A DNA stretch of 64,000 nucleotides from Elusimicrobia bacterium RIFOXYD2_FULL_34_15 (lineage in GTDB: Bacteria; Elusimicrobiota; UBA8919). The DNA lies in the NCBI GenBank assembly GCA_001800605.1, contig MGVS01000118.1, forward strand, positions 3,047-67,046. The letters are read 5' to 3'. How positions within the stretch are numbered: position 1 is the stretch's first letter; every line of letters begins with the position of its first letter. Positions 1-8,824 of the stretch are shown here, piece by piece. The position numbers and the translations under genes are program-made. The notes beneath the pieces are model-generated. The model was not told where the DNA came from, searched no databases, and worked only from the letters and a program-made list of their open reading frames with translations.

Positions 1-3000
1 GCCTTTCATCGGATTGATGACGGTTTCTTTAGGATGTATCTCAGCATCTACTCCCACACCTACAACCGAAATTGTACTTATGGTTACATTACTGTTGAAT
101 GTTTTAAATGTACTTTCGGCTTGTGATTTTTGACCTGCGGTATCAGTAAGCACCGCTTTTATTTTATGTGAGCCATTTGTATATTTAGTAGTATCTAAAT
201 CCCAGCTCTGCCAACAATAAACTTCTCCTTCACCGGTTAGATGTAAATAATCGCCTACTCCGCCGATTTTATGTAAAATTCCGTCGACTCTATTCATGGT
301 TTTTTTCAACGAACCGTCTATATAAATTTGTAACTTACTGATTCCCTTATCATCTTCTACATAACAAACAATCCGTTTTATTCCGCTTACATTGGTTTCT
401 CCGTTATATGGAGACGATATATTTATTTTCGGTGGATTGTCAACTGTAGGAATTGAAATTGTCGTTCCGCTTGCAACATTGGATAAACCGGAAGTGTTAG
501 ATGCTTCATCCAATACTTTCATTGCAAAATAATACTGTGTATTGGCTGATAATCCGTTTATTGTCATTGTCTCTGCACTACCGGCTGTTCTCGGTGTTGG
601 TTCACCTGTTACCTGTGTTGCACTTGCAAAGTTTGCTTCGGTTATTTGTGTGATAGCGTATCTTATATCATAACTTGATGCTATTCCGGTATTACCATCA
701 TCACCTACCGAAGTCCAGCTAAGCTTCATTGAAGTTGCTGTTGCATTGCTGGTTGCAAGATTATTCACTGTTGCCGGTGCTGTAACATCTGATGCTGGTG
801 GAACGTATAATGTCTTAGTAACTACTACATTTGATACATTTGACCAATTTGGTACTTCATCCGCTACTTTCATTGCAAAATAATATGTAGAACTTGCTGA
901 CAGTCCATTTATTATTATACTCTGTGCGCTGCCGGATACTTGCGGTGCCGGTTCACCTGTTACCTGCGTTGCAGATGCAAAATTGCTTCCGGTTATTGGT
1001 GTATTCGCATATCTAATGTCGTATATAGTTGCAGTTCCTGTTATACCATCATCATCACCTGTTGCTGTCCAGTTAAGTGTTATTGAATTGACATTTATAT
1101 TACTCACTGCAAGATCATTCACCGCAGAAGGCGGTGTTGTGTCAGCCGAAGGTGTCGAAGGAAGTGTCGTTGCACTTGGACTATTGGAAACATTACTCCA
1201 ATTAACTACTTCATCTCCAACTTTTATAGCAAAGTAATAAAGTGTGTTTGCATTAAGTCCGTTAACAGTAAGTGCTTCTGCTCCACCTGCTGCTTTAGGT
1301 GCCGGTTCGTCGGTTACTTGTGTTGCGCTTGTAAAATTGCTGCTCGTTATCGGCGTTCCTGCCATGTACCTTACATCGTAACTTGTTGCTGTTCCGGTTG
1401 CACCATCATCACCTGTTGCTGTCCAGCTAAGTGTTATTGAATTAACAGTCGAATTACCCGCCGCAAGCGTGTTTATTGTTGCTGGTGCTATGGTGTCAGG
1501 TGCCGGTGGTGTTACATTGTTTACGGTTACCGATATTTGTGAATTTGTGGTTTGTGCTATTGTGTCAGTTGCTACTGCCTTTATTGTGTGTGCTCCGTTT
1601 ATATAGCCCGTTGTGTCTAAGCTATATGTATATGGAGATGTTGTATCTGTGTTCTTTAACACATCATCTACATAAAACACTACTGAACTAACACCGTTAT
1701 CATCGCTCGCAGTTGCCGTTATTGTTACACTGGCAGATACTGTTGCATTGTTTGCTGGTGCTGATATCGCAACTGTCGGTGGATTGTCAACAGATGGTAA
1801 TGCACTGGTTCTACCACTTGCTACATTTGAAAGTGAACTTGTGTTAGGTACTTCATCTGCAACTTTTATGGCAATGTAATACACCGTATCCGAAGTAAGT
1901 CCGTTTATTGTCATACTCTGTGCGCTGCCTGCTGCACTTGGTGACAGTTCGCCGGTTATCTGTGTTGCTGATGCCCAGTTGCTGCTTGTTATCGGCGTTC
2001 CCGCCATGTATCTTATATCATAACTTGTTGCGGTACCTGTTGTGCCATCATCCCCAACCGATGTCCAAGTCAATGTAATTGATGATGCAGTTATGTTGAA
2101 GGTTGAAAGATTACTTACTGTTGCAGGTGCCGTTGTATCAGCTGAAGGCGGTGCCGGTAATGTAGTTGCACTTGGACTATTGGAAACATTACTCCAATTT
2201 ACTACTTCGTCTCCTATTTTCATCGCAAAATAATAAAGTGTATTTGAATTAAGTCCATTAACTATAAGTGTTTCTGAACCACCACTTGCAATAGGTATTG
2301 GCTCGCCTATTACTTGTGTTGCACTCGCAAAGTTACCGCTAGTTATCGGTGTACCTGCTATATACCTTACATCATAAATTACTGCAGTACCAGTTGTTCC
2401 ATCATCACCAACTGCTGTCCAATTAAGTGTTATTGAGTTAACAGTCGGATTATTCATTACTAATGTGTTTACTTGAGCTGGTGGTGTTGTATCAATTGCT
2501 GGCGGCACCGTAGGTAATGTTTTACTACTTGCAACATTAGATAAAGTTGACCAATTTGGAACTTCATCCGCTACTTTCATTGCAAAATAATATGTCGTGT
2601 CTGCCGTTAGATTGCTTACTGTCAGTGTTTGTTGTGTGCCTGCTATTTGTGGCGTTGGTACTCCTGTTACAGGTGTTGCACTCGCAAAGTTACCGCTAGT
2701 TATAGATGTACCTGCTAGGTACCGTATGTCATAACTTGTCGCTGTGCCCGTTGTGCCGTCATCACCTACTGCTGTCCATGTTAACGTTATCGATGTTTGT
2801 GTTGGATTACTAGCTGCAAAAGTGTTTATTTGTGCCGGCGCAGTGGTGTCGGCTACAGCCGGTATATAGTGACTTAATACTTCAGCATCCGTTAATGCGC
2901 GGTTGTATATTTTTACTTCGTCTATTATTCCGCTAAATCTACCGGCACCCGATGGCTGTCTACCTATATTTAATGTTGTTGTGTTGGTGTCTATACTTCC

Positions 3001-6000
3001 CGTTGTTGCGGTTTGGTTTACTAATACTCCATCTTGATATAACTTTAGCGTTGCGCCGTCATATGTTCCTACAAGATGATGCCATACATTGACGTCTGCT
3101 GATGTCCATGTCTTTTCTACCGAGCTTGCTATTCCGCCTTTGAATATTTTAAAGTATGCCTTGTCACTCGCTCCTATTAAATATGCTCCTTTGTCTAGTA
3201 CTCTGCGTGTTGAACCATCTTGACTTATGTCTCCGCATTTTACCCATGCTTCTACACTTATTCCGGTTGTTAAATCTAAAATGTTACTGTCGGCTACGCT
3301 TACATATGTATTCAATCCGTCGAATTGTAACGATTTTCCTATTTTCCCATCTACCCAGGCAGGACTGCCGGTTAATGTTCCGGTATTACTATTCCCGGAA
3401 CTGTCGCTTGCACTGCTTCCGGTGCCTTCATCAAAATGCCATTCTGCCACTGTGCCGGCTTGTGATAATGTCCTGCCGCTGGCTATATTACTTATCGGAC
3501 TCCAATTCGGTATTTCATCGCCTGCTTTTATTGCAAAGTAATATTGCGTGTTTTCTGTTAATCCATTTATTACCATTGTTTCTGCGCCACCGTTTACTTT
3601 TGGCGCCGGTTCACCGGTTACAGGTGTTGCACTACCCCAGTTCGCATCGGTTATTTGCGTGTTGGAATATCTGATATCATAACTGGTCGCCGTGCCTGTT
3701 GTGCCATCATCTCCGACTGCGGTCCAACTTAATGTTATTGCTGTCTGCGTTGCACTGCCGGCACTAAGTGTGATTTGCGCAGGAGCTATTGCATCTGCAG
3801 GCGGTGCCGGTGTTGTGCCGCTTACTACATTGGATATTCCACTTTGATTAGCACCTTCATCAACTGCCTTTATTGCAAAATAATATTGCGTGTTACCATT
3901 TAAATTACTCACTGTCATCGTTTCACTGCCGCCGTTTGCTTTAGGTATCGGTGCTCCGCTTACAGCTATCGCACTTGCAAAGTTGCTGCTCGTTATCGGC
4001 GTTCCTGCCATGTACCTTACATCGTAACTTGTTGCTGTTCCCGTTGTTCCGTCGTCGCCGACTGCACTCCAATTTAATACTACACTGTTATATGTTATTG
4101 TTCCAGTTGCTAAGTCGTTTATTGCTGTCGGTGGAGTCGTATCTGAAGCACCAACAGTTATTTTTATTGTGTAGTCATTTAATCCGCTTACCGCTATTTT
4201 TACTATTACATCACCGGGCGTGGTCGTTGACCTTAACGTTGCTGTTGCTAAACCGTTACTGATACTCACTGTTGTCGCAGTTGTAAATTGTCCGCTGCCA
4301 CCTCCGCTGGTTATGCTAAATACCGCACTGCCGCTGTAATTTGTTTTCCTGCCCATCCTGTCTCTTATCTCTGCCGTGATTACACTTGTGCTGGTTCCAT
4401 TCGGCGGTAAACTTGCTACACTCGCACTGCCTTTTAGTTCTACACCGTTAAAAATACTTCCTAAATTTAATACCGCATTGCTTGCTGCCGAATTGTTTGT
4501 TGAATAACTTCCTTCAAATTTATCTATATTATTATATGTTTCTGTTATTGTATGATTAAGATTGGCACTCTTATTGTATAAACTGTATGCTTGTTTAGAG
4601 TTGGTTATCATGCTTGATACCTGGTCTACTAATATGTTTGTTGAATATCGTGGTGTTACTACTGTTACCGGTCTGGGTGCTATTGCCGCTATCACTTCAT
4701 TGAAGTCAAACGGCAGTCGGTTTTTGTTTGCATCATTCTGATATAAATCGTCATTTACAAAAAATCCCAACTTAGGTATTAAACCATGTAAGTGTGATAA
4801 TGCTCTAACCCCTTCTACTCCTAATGTAGCTGTACGAAGCGGTGTTACTCCGGCTAATGGTACAACTCCTGCAATCCTGTCATCATATAATGCCGACAAC
4901 AATGCTATTGCTCCGCCAGATACTCCATAACCACAGGTATATATCTGCTGTTTATTTATCGCTCCGCTTCTCGGATTTTGTGCTGAATCTAATAATGCTG
5001 TTATTATATATTGTACATCTTCTATGTTTTTGCCCATCGCTGTCCAATTTGGAAATCTCGAATAAAAATTCTGACCTTCTTCTATTCGTATTCCGGTCCA
5101 CATTACGTCATATCCTAGTACCGCTACCTTTTTGTTTATTACCATTTCTTCTAAGTATGGCCACATGAGTTCTCTGGTTGTACCGTTTGGAGAAAATCCA
5201 TTTGTATGTGAAGTGTTATTTATGAATATCACTGTTGAATATGTACTTCTGTCTGTCGGATAACATAGATAAGCATTAAGTATTTTACTTCCTGATGAGT
5301 TCTTTACAAGTATATTTTGCCGCCCTAAGGTCCCATATGCTATCGGTTTATAATTTTCCGAAGTACTTGTAATTCCATCGTGTGCACCGCCAAAATTGGT
5401 ATTGGAAGATGTAAAGCTACTATTAGCTGGACCGGTTCCTAATAACGCTGATATCTGCTGCTTTAATAATGTTTTCTTTTGTTCCCATTCTGATGTTGTC
5501 GTTATTGTTGCATTACTGCTGTTCTTTAATAAGTCGCTCATATCTGCCGGATGTGTTGCATAGTTTGCAGGATTAATTGTGTCATTCGGATGTGCTGCTT
5601 TCCAGCTATCAAATGTATAATTGAATCTAAATAAGTTTACGTATATGTCTGTAGGTAATGTTGTTGTTCTACCCCATGCCCAATTTAAAAATTGACAATA
5701 TGCATAAATCGCTGTAGAATCTATGTGATGTCCGCCCCAGTCCATTCTTACTCCTATTTTATTTGGTATCCCTAATAAATCAAACACTTTTTTTGCTGAC
5801 CGATATGATTGTTGTATACCCCATGGTCCTCCTAAAATATCATTTACTGCGGTTCCTAATATTACTGCTCTCGGTGCACAGATCGCAGCTAATGTGTTCT
5901 CATCTACCGGTAGTTTGTTCTCTCTGCCATGGAAATCAAAAAAACCTGTCGAATTCCCATCTATTAATCCACCAACATAGGTGTTTGGTCCGTATACTTC

Positions 6001-6726
6001 GGTATTATATTCATTAGTACTATATCTGAAAGGATTCTCACCACCAACTCCACCCATATTCGGCGCTCCGCCAGTAATTTCTTCAAAAAATGCTGCTGAC
6101 CATAATGCTACTTTCCCTGCTCTTGAGTGACCACAGGTTGCTATGTATCTGCTGTCTACCCAGCTTTGATTCTTTAGCCATTTAGCTACAGCACCTACCA
6201 CAAATGCACGACGCATTAAACCGCCCCAGCTATACCCGGGAAATGCGCTGGCTATATTACTCATGTTATCATCACCTATACTATTTACAACAACTCCTAC
6301 ATAGCCCATACTGGTTGCAGCATACACATCGTCCATCCAATTCCATGTTCCGATAAGTACAGGATATTTATTACCGCTAGTATAACTTGGATAACTGAAA
6401 GATAGACTTATTCCTACACCACCAACACTTATTGTTGTTGAACCAGTTCCCCACCCTACTGTTCCACTCATGCTTGGTAAGGATGGAAATGTCCCTGTAA
6501 TGCATGTTTTAAGTAAACCTACTAAATAATTCCTTTGTGTATTCCACTCGGACGAACTTGTAATCCTTGTACCGTCCGATTTCATTAATGGATCAGGTAA
6601 TAATCCAATTGACGGAAGGTTCTGTACATACGATCTTGGACTCGTTGTAAATGCTTGTAAATTATTAATTGGGTTAAGAATTATACTTATGATTGTTATT
6701 AGTGTTAAAAATATTTTTCTTGGCAT
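1..6726 (-). CDS. Giant secreted multidomain protein, 3' end cut by the window edge (>2,242 aa). Order: signal peptide, CE15-like esterase domain, second alpha/beta-hydrolase domain, Big-like Ig domain, 8 FN3-like repeats interrupted by a LamG domain and an Ig-like domain, then a further Ig-like domain.
   Basis: Missing from the ORF track (no stop inside the window). My minus-strand translation from ATG 6726 (GGAGG at 6734-6738) stays open to position 1 in frame (6726 = 3 x 2242). Motifs: MPRKIFLTLITIISIILNP; LPDPLMKSDGTRITSSSEW; CGHSRAGKVALW (G-x-S-R-x-G-K, CE15-type nucleophile, nt ~6120-6145); GYGVSGG (nt ~4905-4935); LamG-like WHHLVGTYDGATLKLYQDG...IDEVKIYNRALT (nt ~2870-3500); eight W[TS]A[VT]GDDGTTGTATSYD[IV]RY...YYFA[IM]K units. 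Confidence 0.85.
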   Translation of the reverse strand, partial: MPRKIFLTLITIISIILNPINNLQAFTTSPRSYVQNLPSIGLLPDPLMKSDGTRITSSSEWNTQRNYLVGLLKTCITGTFPSLPSMSGTVGWGTGSTTISVGGVGISLSFSYPSYTSGNKYPVLIGTWNWMDDVYAATSMGYVGVVVNSIGDDNMSNIASAFPGYSWGGLMRRAFVVGAVAKWLKNQSWVDSRYIATCGHSRAGKVALWSAAFFEEITGGAPNMGGVGGENPFRYSTNEYNTEVYGPNTYVGGLIDGNSTGFFDFHGRENKLPVDENTLAAICAPRAVILGTAVNDILGGPWGIQQSYRSAKKVFDLLGIPNKIGVRMDWGGHHIDSTAIYAYCQFLNWAWGRTTTLPTDIYVNLFRFNYTFDSWKAAHPNDTINPANYATHPADMSDLLKNSSNATITTTSEWEQKKTLLKQQISALLGTGPANSSFTSSNTNFGGAHDGITSTSENYKPIAYGTLGRQNILVKNSSGSKILNAYLCYPTDRSTYSTVIFINNTSHTNGFSPNGTTRELMWPYLEEMVINKKVAVLGYDVMWTGIRIEEGQNFYSRFPNWTAMGKNIEDVQYIITALLDSAQNPRSGAINKQQIYTCGYGVSGGAIALLSALYDDRIAGVVPLAGVTPLRTATLGVEGVRALSHLHGLIPKLGFFVNDDLYQNDANKNRLPFDFNEVIAAIAPRPVTVVTPRYSTNILVDQVSSMITNSKQAYSLYNKSANLNHTITETYNNIDKFEGSYSTNNSAASNAVLNLGSIFNGVELKGSASVASLPPNGTSTSVITAEIRDRMGRKTNYSGSAVFSITSGGGSGQFTTATTVSISNGLATATLRSTTTPGDVIVKIAVSGLNDYTIKITVGASDTTPPTAINDLATGTITYNSVVLNWSAVGDDGTTGTATSYDVRYMAGTPITSSNFASAIAVSGAPIPKANGGSETMTVSNLNGNTQYYFAIKAVDEGANQSGISNVVSGTTPAPPADAIAPAQITLSAGSATQTAITLSWTAVGDDGTTGTATSYDIRYSNTQITDANWGSATPVTGEPAPKVNGGAETMVINGLTENTQYYFAIKAGDEIPNWSPISNIASGRTLSQAGTVAEWHFDEGTGSSASDSSGNSNTGTLTGSPAWVDGKIGKSLQFDGLNTYVSVADSNILDLTTGISVEAWVKCGDISQDGSTRRVLDKGAYLIGASDKAYFKIFKGGIASSVEKTWTSADVNVWHHLVGTYDGATLKLYQDGVLVNQTATTGSIDTNTTTLNIGRQPSGAGRFSGIIDEVKIYNRALTDAEVLSHYIPAVADTTAPAQINTFAASNPTQTSITLTWTAVGDDGTTGTATSYDIRYLAGTSITSGNFASATPVTGVPTPQIAGTQQTLTVSNLTADTTYYFAMKVADEVPNWSTLSNVASSKTLPTVPPAIDTTPPAQVNTLVMNNPTVNSITLNWTAVGDDGTTGTAVIYDVRYIAGTPITSGNFASATQVIGEPIPIASGGSETLIVNGLNSNTLYYFAMKIGDEVVNWSNVSNSPSATTLPAPPSADTTAPATVSNLSTFNITASSITLTWTSVGDDGTTGTATSYDIRYMAGTPITSSNWASATQITGELSPSAAGSAQSMTINGLTSDTVYYIAIKVADEVPNTSSLSNVASGRTSALPSVDNPPTVAISAPANNATVSASVTITATASDDNGVSSVVFYVDDVLKNTDTTSPYTYSLDTTGYINGAHTIKAVATDTIAQTTNSQISVTVNNVTPPAPDTIAPATINTLAAGNSTVNSITLSWTATGDDGATGTATSYDVRYMAGTPITSSNFTSATQVTDEPAPKAAGGAEALTVNGLNANTLYYFAIKVGDEVVNWSNVSNSPSATTLPSTPSADTTPPSAVNDLAVSNINVNSITLNWTATGDDDGITGTATIYDIRYANTPITGSNFASATQVTGEPAPQVSGSAQSIIINGLSASSTYYFAMKVADEVPNWSNVSNVVVTKTLYVPPASDVTAPATVNNLATSNATATSMKLSWTSVGDDGNTGIASSYDIRYAITQITEANFASATQVTGEPTPRTAGSAETMTINGLSANTQYYFAMKVLDEASNTSGLSNVASGTTISIPTVDNPPKINISSPYNGETNVSGIKRIVCYVEDDKGISKLQIYIDGSLKKTMNRVDGILHKIGGVGDYLHLTGEGEVYCWQSWDLDTTKYTNGSHKIKAVLTDTAGQKSQAESTFKTFNSNVTISTISVVGVGVDAEIHPKETVINPMKG
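520..4090 (-). repeat. Eight tandem FN3-like coding repeats, period ~351-356 nt, interrupted by a LamG module (~2870-3500) and an Ig module (~1500-1790).
   Basis: The antisense signature tt[ct]at[ta]gcaaa[ag]taata (= YYFA[IM]K) recurs near 528, 878, 1230, 1872, 2226, 2582, 3533 and 3878. The plus-strand shadow ORFs ending ...SSP[TIA]FIAK reflect the same periodicity. Confidence 0.85.
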
Positions 6727-6740
6727 GTTTTTTCCTCCCT

Positions 6741-7439
6741 TTAAAGAATTGTAAACGGTATCTTCATTTTTTTAATTGTAGTTTTTTCTTTTTCCTGCAA
6801 TACCGCTTTTGCCTGCCAGTTACCTTGCTGTACTCCCTTAACGTAAACAGCAATTACATTTTCACCTCCGTCAAGGTTACCATGCCATATTATTTCTTTT
6901 TGTTCCATATCTACTTGTCCGTTTTTAAATGCTCTTACTCCGTTAGTTAATTCTATTTTTAATGTAACATTTTCCATTTTTTCTTCTGCTTTTATATTTA
7001 ATCTTATTACGCCCTGTTCATTTATGTTCATTACATTGAATGCCGATGCTTGCATAAGGATGTTATATTTTTTTGCCGTTAAAAAATTATAAACTATTGT
7101 AGTTACCGCAACTAATAAAAGACAAACTGCGGCTGCTGCAAATTTGAATTTCGGAAATACAAAATAACCCTTCAGCAATTCTTTATGGCGCATTTCCTGG
7201 TTTACTTTAACCATTTTTTGGTGTAATTCGCTTTCATAACCGGCAGGTAGTGCCTGGATTTGATATGATTTTAAGGATTCCATCATTTCTTTAACTAAAA
7301 CTAATTCTTTGGCACAACTTTCGCAGCTATCTATATGTTTCTTAATATATTTCATTTTTCTTTCTTCAAGGTTTCCTGTAAAATAAAGAAAAAGCTTCTT
7401 CTCCACGTCTCTGCAAACCATTTTTTTGATTATTTTCAT
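6741..7439 (-). CDS. Membrane-anchored anti-sigma factor: ZAS/zf-HC2 N-terminal domain, one TM helix, ~110-aa extracytoplasmic beta-rich domain.
   Basis: H-x3-C-x2-C motif in KKHIDSCESC. TM segment FKFAAAAVCLLLVAVTTIVYNFL. GGAGG at 7446-7450. Its stop lies 14 nt before the giant gene's start. Confidence 0.75.
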   Translation of the reverse strand: MKIIKKMVCRDVEKKLFLYFTGNLEERKMKYIKKHIDSCESCAKELVLVKEMMESLKSYQIQALPAGYESELHQKMVKVNQEMRHKELLKGYFVFPKFKFAAAAVCLLLVAVTTIVYNFLTAKKYNILMQASAFNVMNINEQGVIRLNIKAEEKMENVTLKIELTNGVRAFKNGQVDMEQKEIIWHGNLDGGENVIAVYVKGVQQGNWQAKAVLQEKEKTTIKKMKIPFTIL

Positions 7440-7459
7440 TTCATACCTCCACTCTACAT

Positions 7460-7486
7460 GACAACTTAAGCATTTAAATTGTTCCA
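7460..7486 (-). promoter_or_regulatory. ECF-type promoter candidate P1 (TGGAAC-N17-TGTC) upstream of the membrane anti-sigma gene.
   Basis: Minus-strand read: TGGAACAATTTAAATGCTTAAGTTGTC. It is followed about 10 nt later by GGAGG and the ATG at 7439. Confidence 0.55.
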
Positions 7487-7573
7487 GAAAATCAATTAAA
7501 AATTTAAAAACTTGTCTCGTTCTACGGGATTAAAAATTCAAAATTGTGGTTTTTATTATTTTATCTGTAAACT

Positions 7574-7771
7574 CTATCCCGCTATCACACTATCATGCTT
7601 TTCTTCCATCGCACTATACATTTGATACCAAAGTTCTGCACAATTATCGCAATGATTAACATGATCCAAAACAGATTCCATTTCATTTAATGTAAGTTTC
7701 TTTTCAAAAAAAGGATTTATGTTTTTCTGTACATTCTCACATACTGTTTTCTTTATATTAAATTCTGCCAT
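7574..7771 (-). CDS. Small soluble ZAS-type anti-sigma-domain protein (65 aa, no TM helix).
   Basis: LDHVNHCDNC fits H-x3-C-x2-C. I moved the start from the track's TTG at 7804 to ATG 7771, which is preceded by AGAGGTG; the upstream extension would overlap promoter P2. Confidence 0.6.
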   Translation of the reverse strand: MAEFNIKKTVCENVQKNINPFFEKKLTLNEMESVLDHVNHCDNCAELWYQMYSAMEEKHDSVIAG

Positions 7772-7794
7772 AATTATCACCTCTTGCATATAAT

Positions 7795-7821
7795 GACAAC
7801 ACAAACACTTAAATTGTTCCC
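7795..7821 (-). promoter_or_regulatory. ECF-type promoter candidate P2 upstream of the small ZAS gene.
   Basis: Minus-strand read: GGGAACAATTTAAGTGTTTGTGTTGTC, the same architecture as P1 and P3. Confidence 0.55.
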
Positions 7822-8015
7822 AAAATTCAATTAAAAATTAAAAATGCAAAATTGTGGTTTTTATTATTTTATCTATGCCTGCCCGCCTACGGTTTCTTGT
7901 CCAGCGTAGCTTTCTCGTTCTTCGAAGCTTTAGCGAAGGAGAAAGCGAAGTTGGAAGTGGCGGGAACTATGAACTACAAACCATGAACTTTCTGCCTCTC
8001 TACCTCTCTACCCTA

Positions 8016-8579
8016 TTACCTTCCGAAATTATAGATTTTCAATTTTTCTTTAAGCATGTTTCTACCGCGGTTAAGACGTGACTTTATAGTACCTATAGAA
8101 CACTTTGTTATCACTGCTATCTCATTATATGTAAACCCCTGAATATCATACATTACTACTGTAATACTATATTCCGGCGGTATTTTTGATAATGCATTTT
8201 TTATTTGTTTTTTCATATATGATTTTTCTACTTCATCTAAAGGATTACTATTGTCACTTAAATAATATGATACTGAATCTATCGAATCGGTGAGAGGTAC
8301 TTTTTTTTTGTATGATTTTTTACATTCATTCAAAAATGTGTTATGGACTATTCTCCATAACCAGCCGGAAAAAGAACTTTCACCTCTGAATGATTTTAGT
8401 TCTCTATATATTTTTATTAGAACTTCCTGGGATATGTCGCGGGCATCAGGTTCATTACCTGATAACTGGAGGGCAATATTGAAGATTTTCAATTGATAGT
8501 TGGAAATCAGCTGCTCGAAAGCAGTGACATCGCCGCTGACTGCTTTTTCTATTAGAATATTTTCTTCCATTAGTACCAT
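8016..8579 (-). CDS. ECF (sigma-70 family, group 4) RNA polymerase sigma factor.
   Basis: Region 2: FEQLISNYQLKIFNIALQLSGNEPDARDISQEVLIKIYR...WLWRIVHN. Region 4 HTH: FTYNEIAVITKCSIGTIKSRLNRGR. ATG at 8579, with an alternative at 8570. Confidence 0.9.
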   Translation of the reverse strand: MVLMEENILIEKAVSGDVTAFEQLISNYQLKIFNIALQLSGNEPDARDISQEVLIKIYRELKSFRGESSFSGWLWRIVHNTFLNECKKSYKKKVPLTDSIDSVSYYLSDNSNPLDEVEKSYMKKQIKNALSKIPPEYSITVVMYDIQGFTYNEIAVITKCSIGTIKSRLNRGRNMLKEKLKIYNFGR

Positions 8580-8609
8580 GTTCTAATTTTTTCCAGCTTC
8601 AACTATTAA

Positions 8610-8636
8610 GACAAACTAAACCTTATAAATGTTCCA
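8610..8636 (-). promoter_or_regulatory. ECF-type promoter candidate P3 upstream of the sigma gene (possible autoregulation).
   Basis: Minus-strand read: TGGAACATTTATAAGGTTTAGTTTGTC. Confidence 0.55.
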
Positions 8637-8784
8637 AGAAAAAAACAATTAAAAATTAAAAATGTAAAATTGTGGTATTTTATTATTTTGTTTTAAAGAC
8701 TTTACCTTTTCCTCCAATGACTTAGTGGCGGGCTACCTCTTTACCCGTTACTCATTACCCATTACTCGTTACTAGTTATATCAT

Positions 8785-8813
8785 TTGATATTACAATGGT
8801 TTTTTGATAGTAT
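8785..8813 (+). promoter_or_regulatory. Sigma-70-like promoter candidate for comEC, leaving a near-leaderless mRNA.
   Basis: TTGATA (8785-8790), 17-nt spacer, TAGTAT (8808-8813), then 11 nt to ATG 8825. No SD is visible. Confidence 0.35.
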
Positions 8814-8824
8814 ATTTTAATATT

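Noticed and set aside
983-6017. Plus-strand ORFs in the track (983-1237, 1476-1691, 2042-2233, 3156-3674, 3227-3541, 3951-4262, 4842-5168, 5763-6017).
   Set aside because: They are antisense shadows of the giant minus-strand gene. They have low-complexity Leu/Cys/His-rich translations and no SD. Their periodic ...SSPxFIAK endings merely mirror the FN3 repeat on the other strand.
7854-8081. 75-aa plus-strand ORF between the small ZAS gene and the sigma gene.
   Set aside because: It translates CCGCC/GGCGG and ctacctct repeat modules, overlaps the sigma gene's 3' end, and has no SD.
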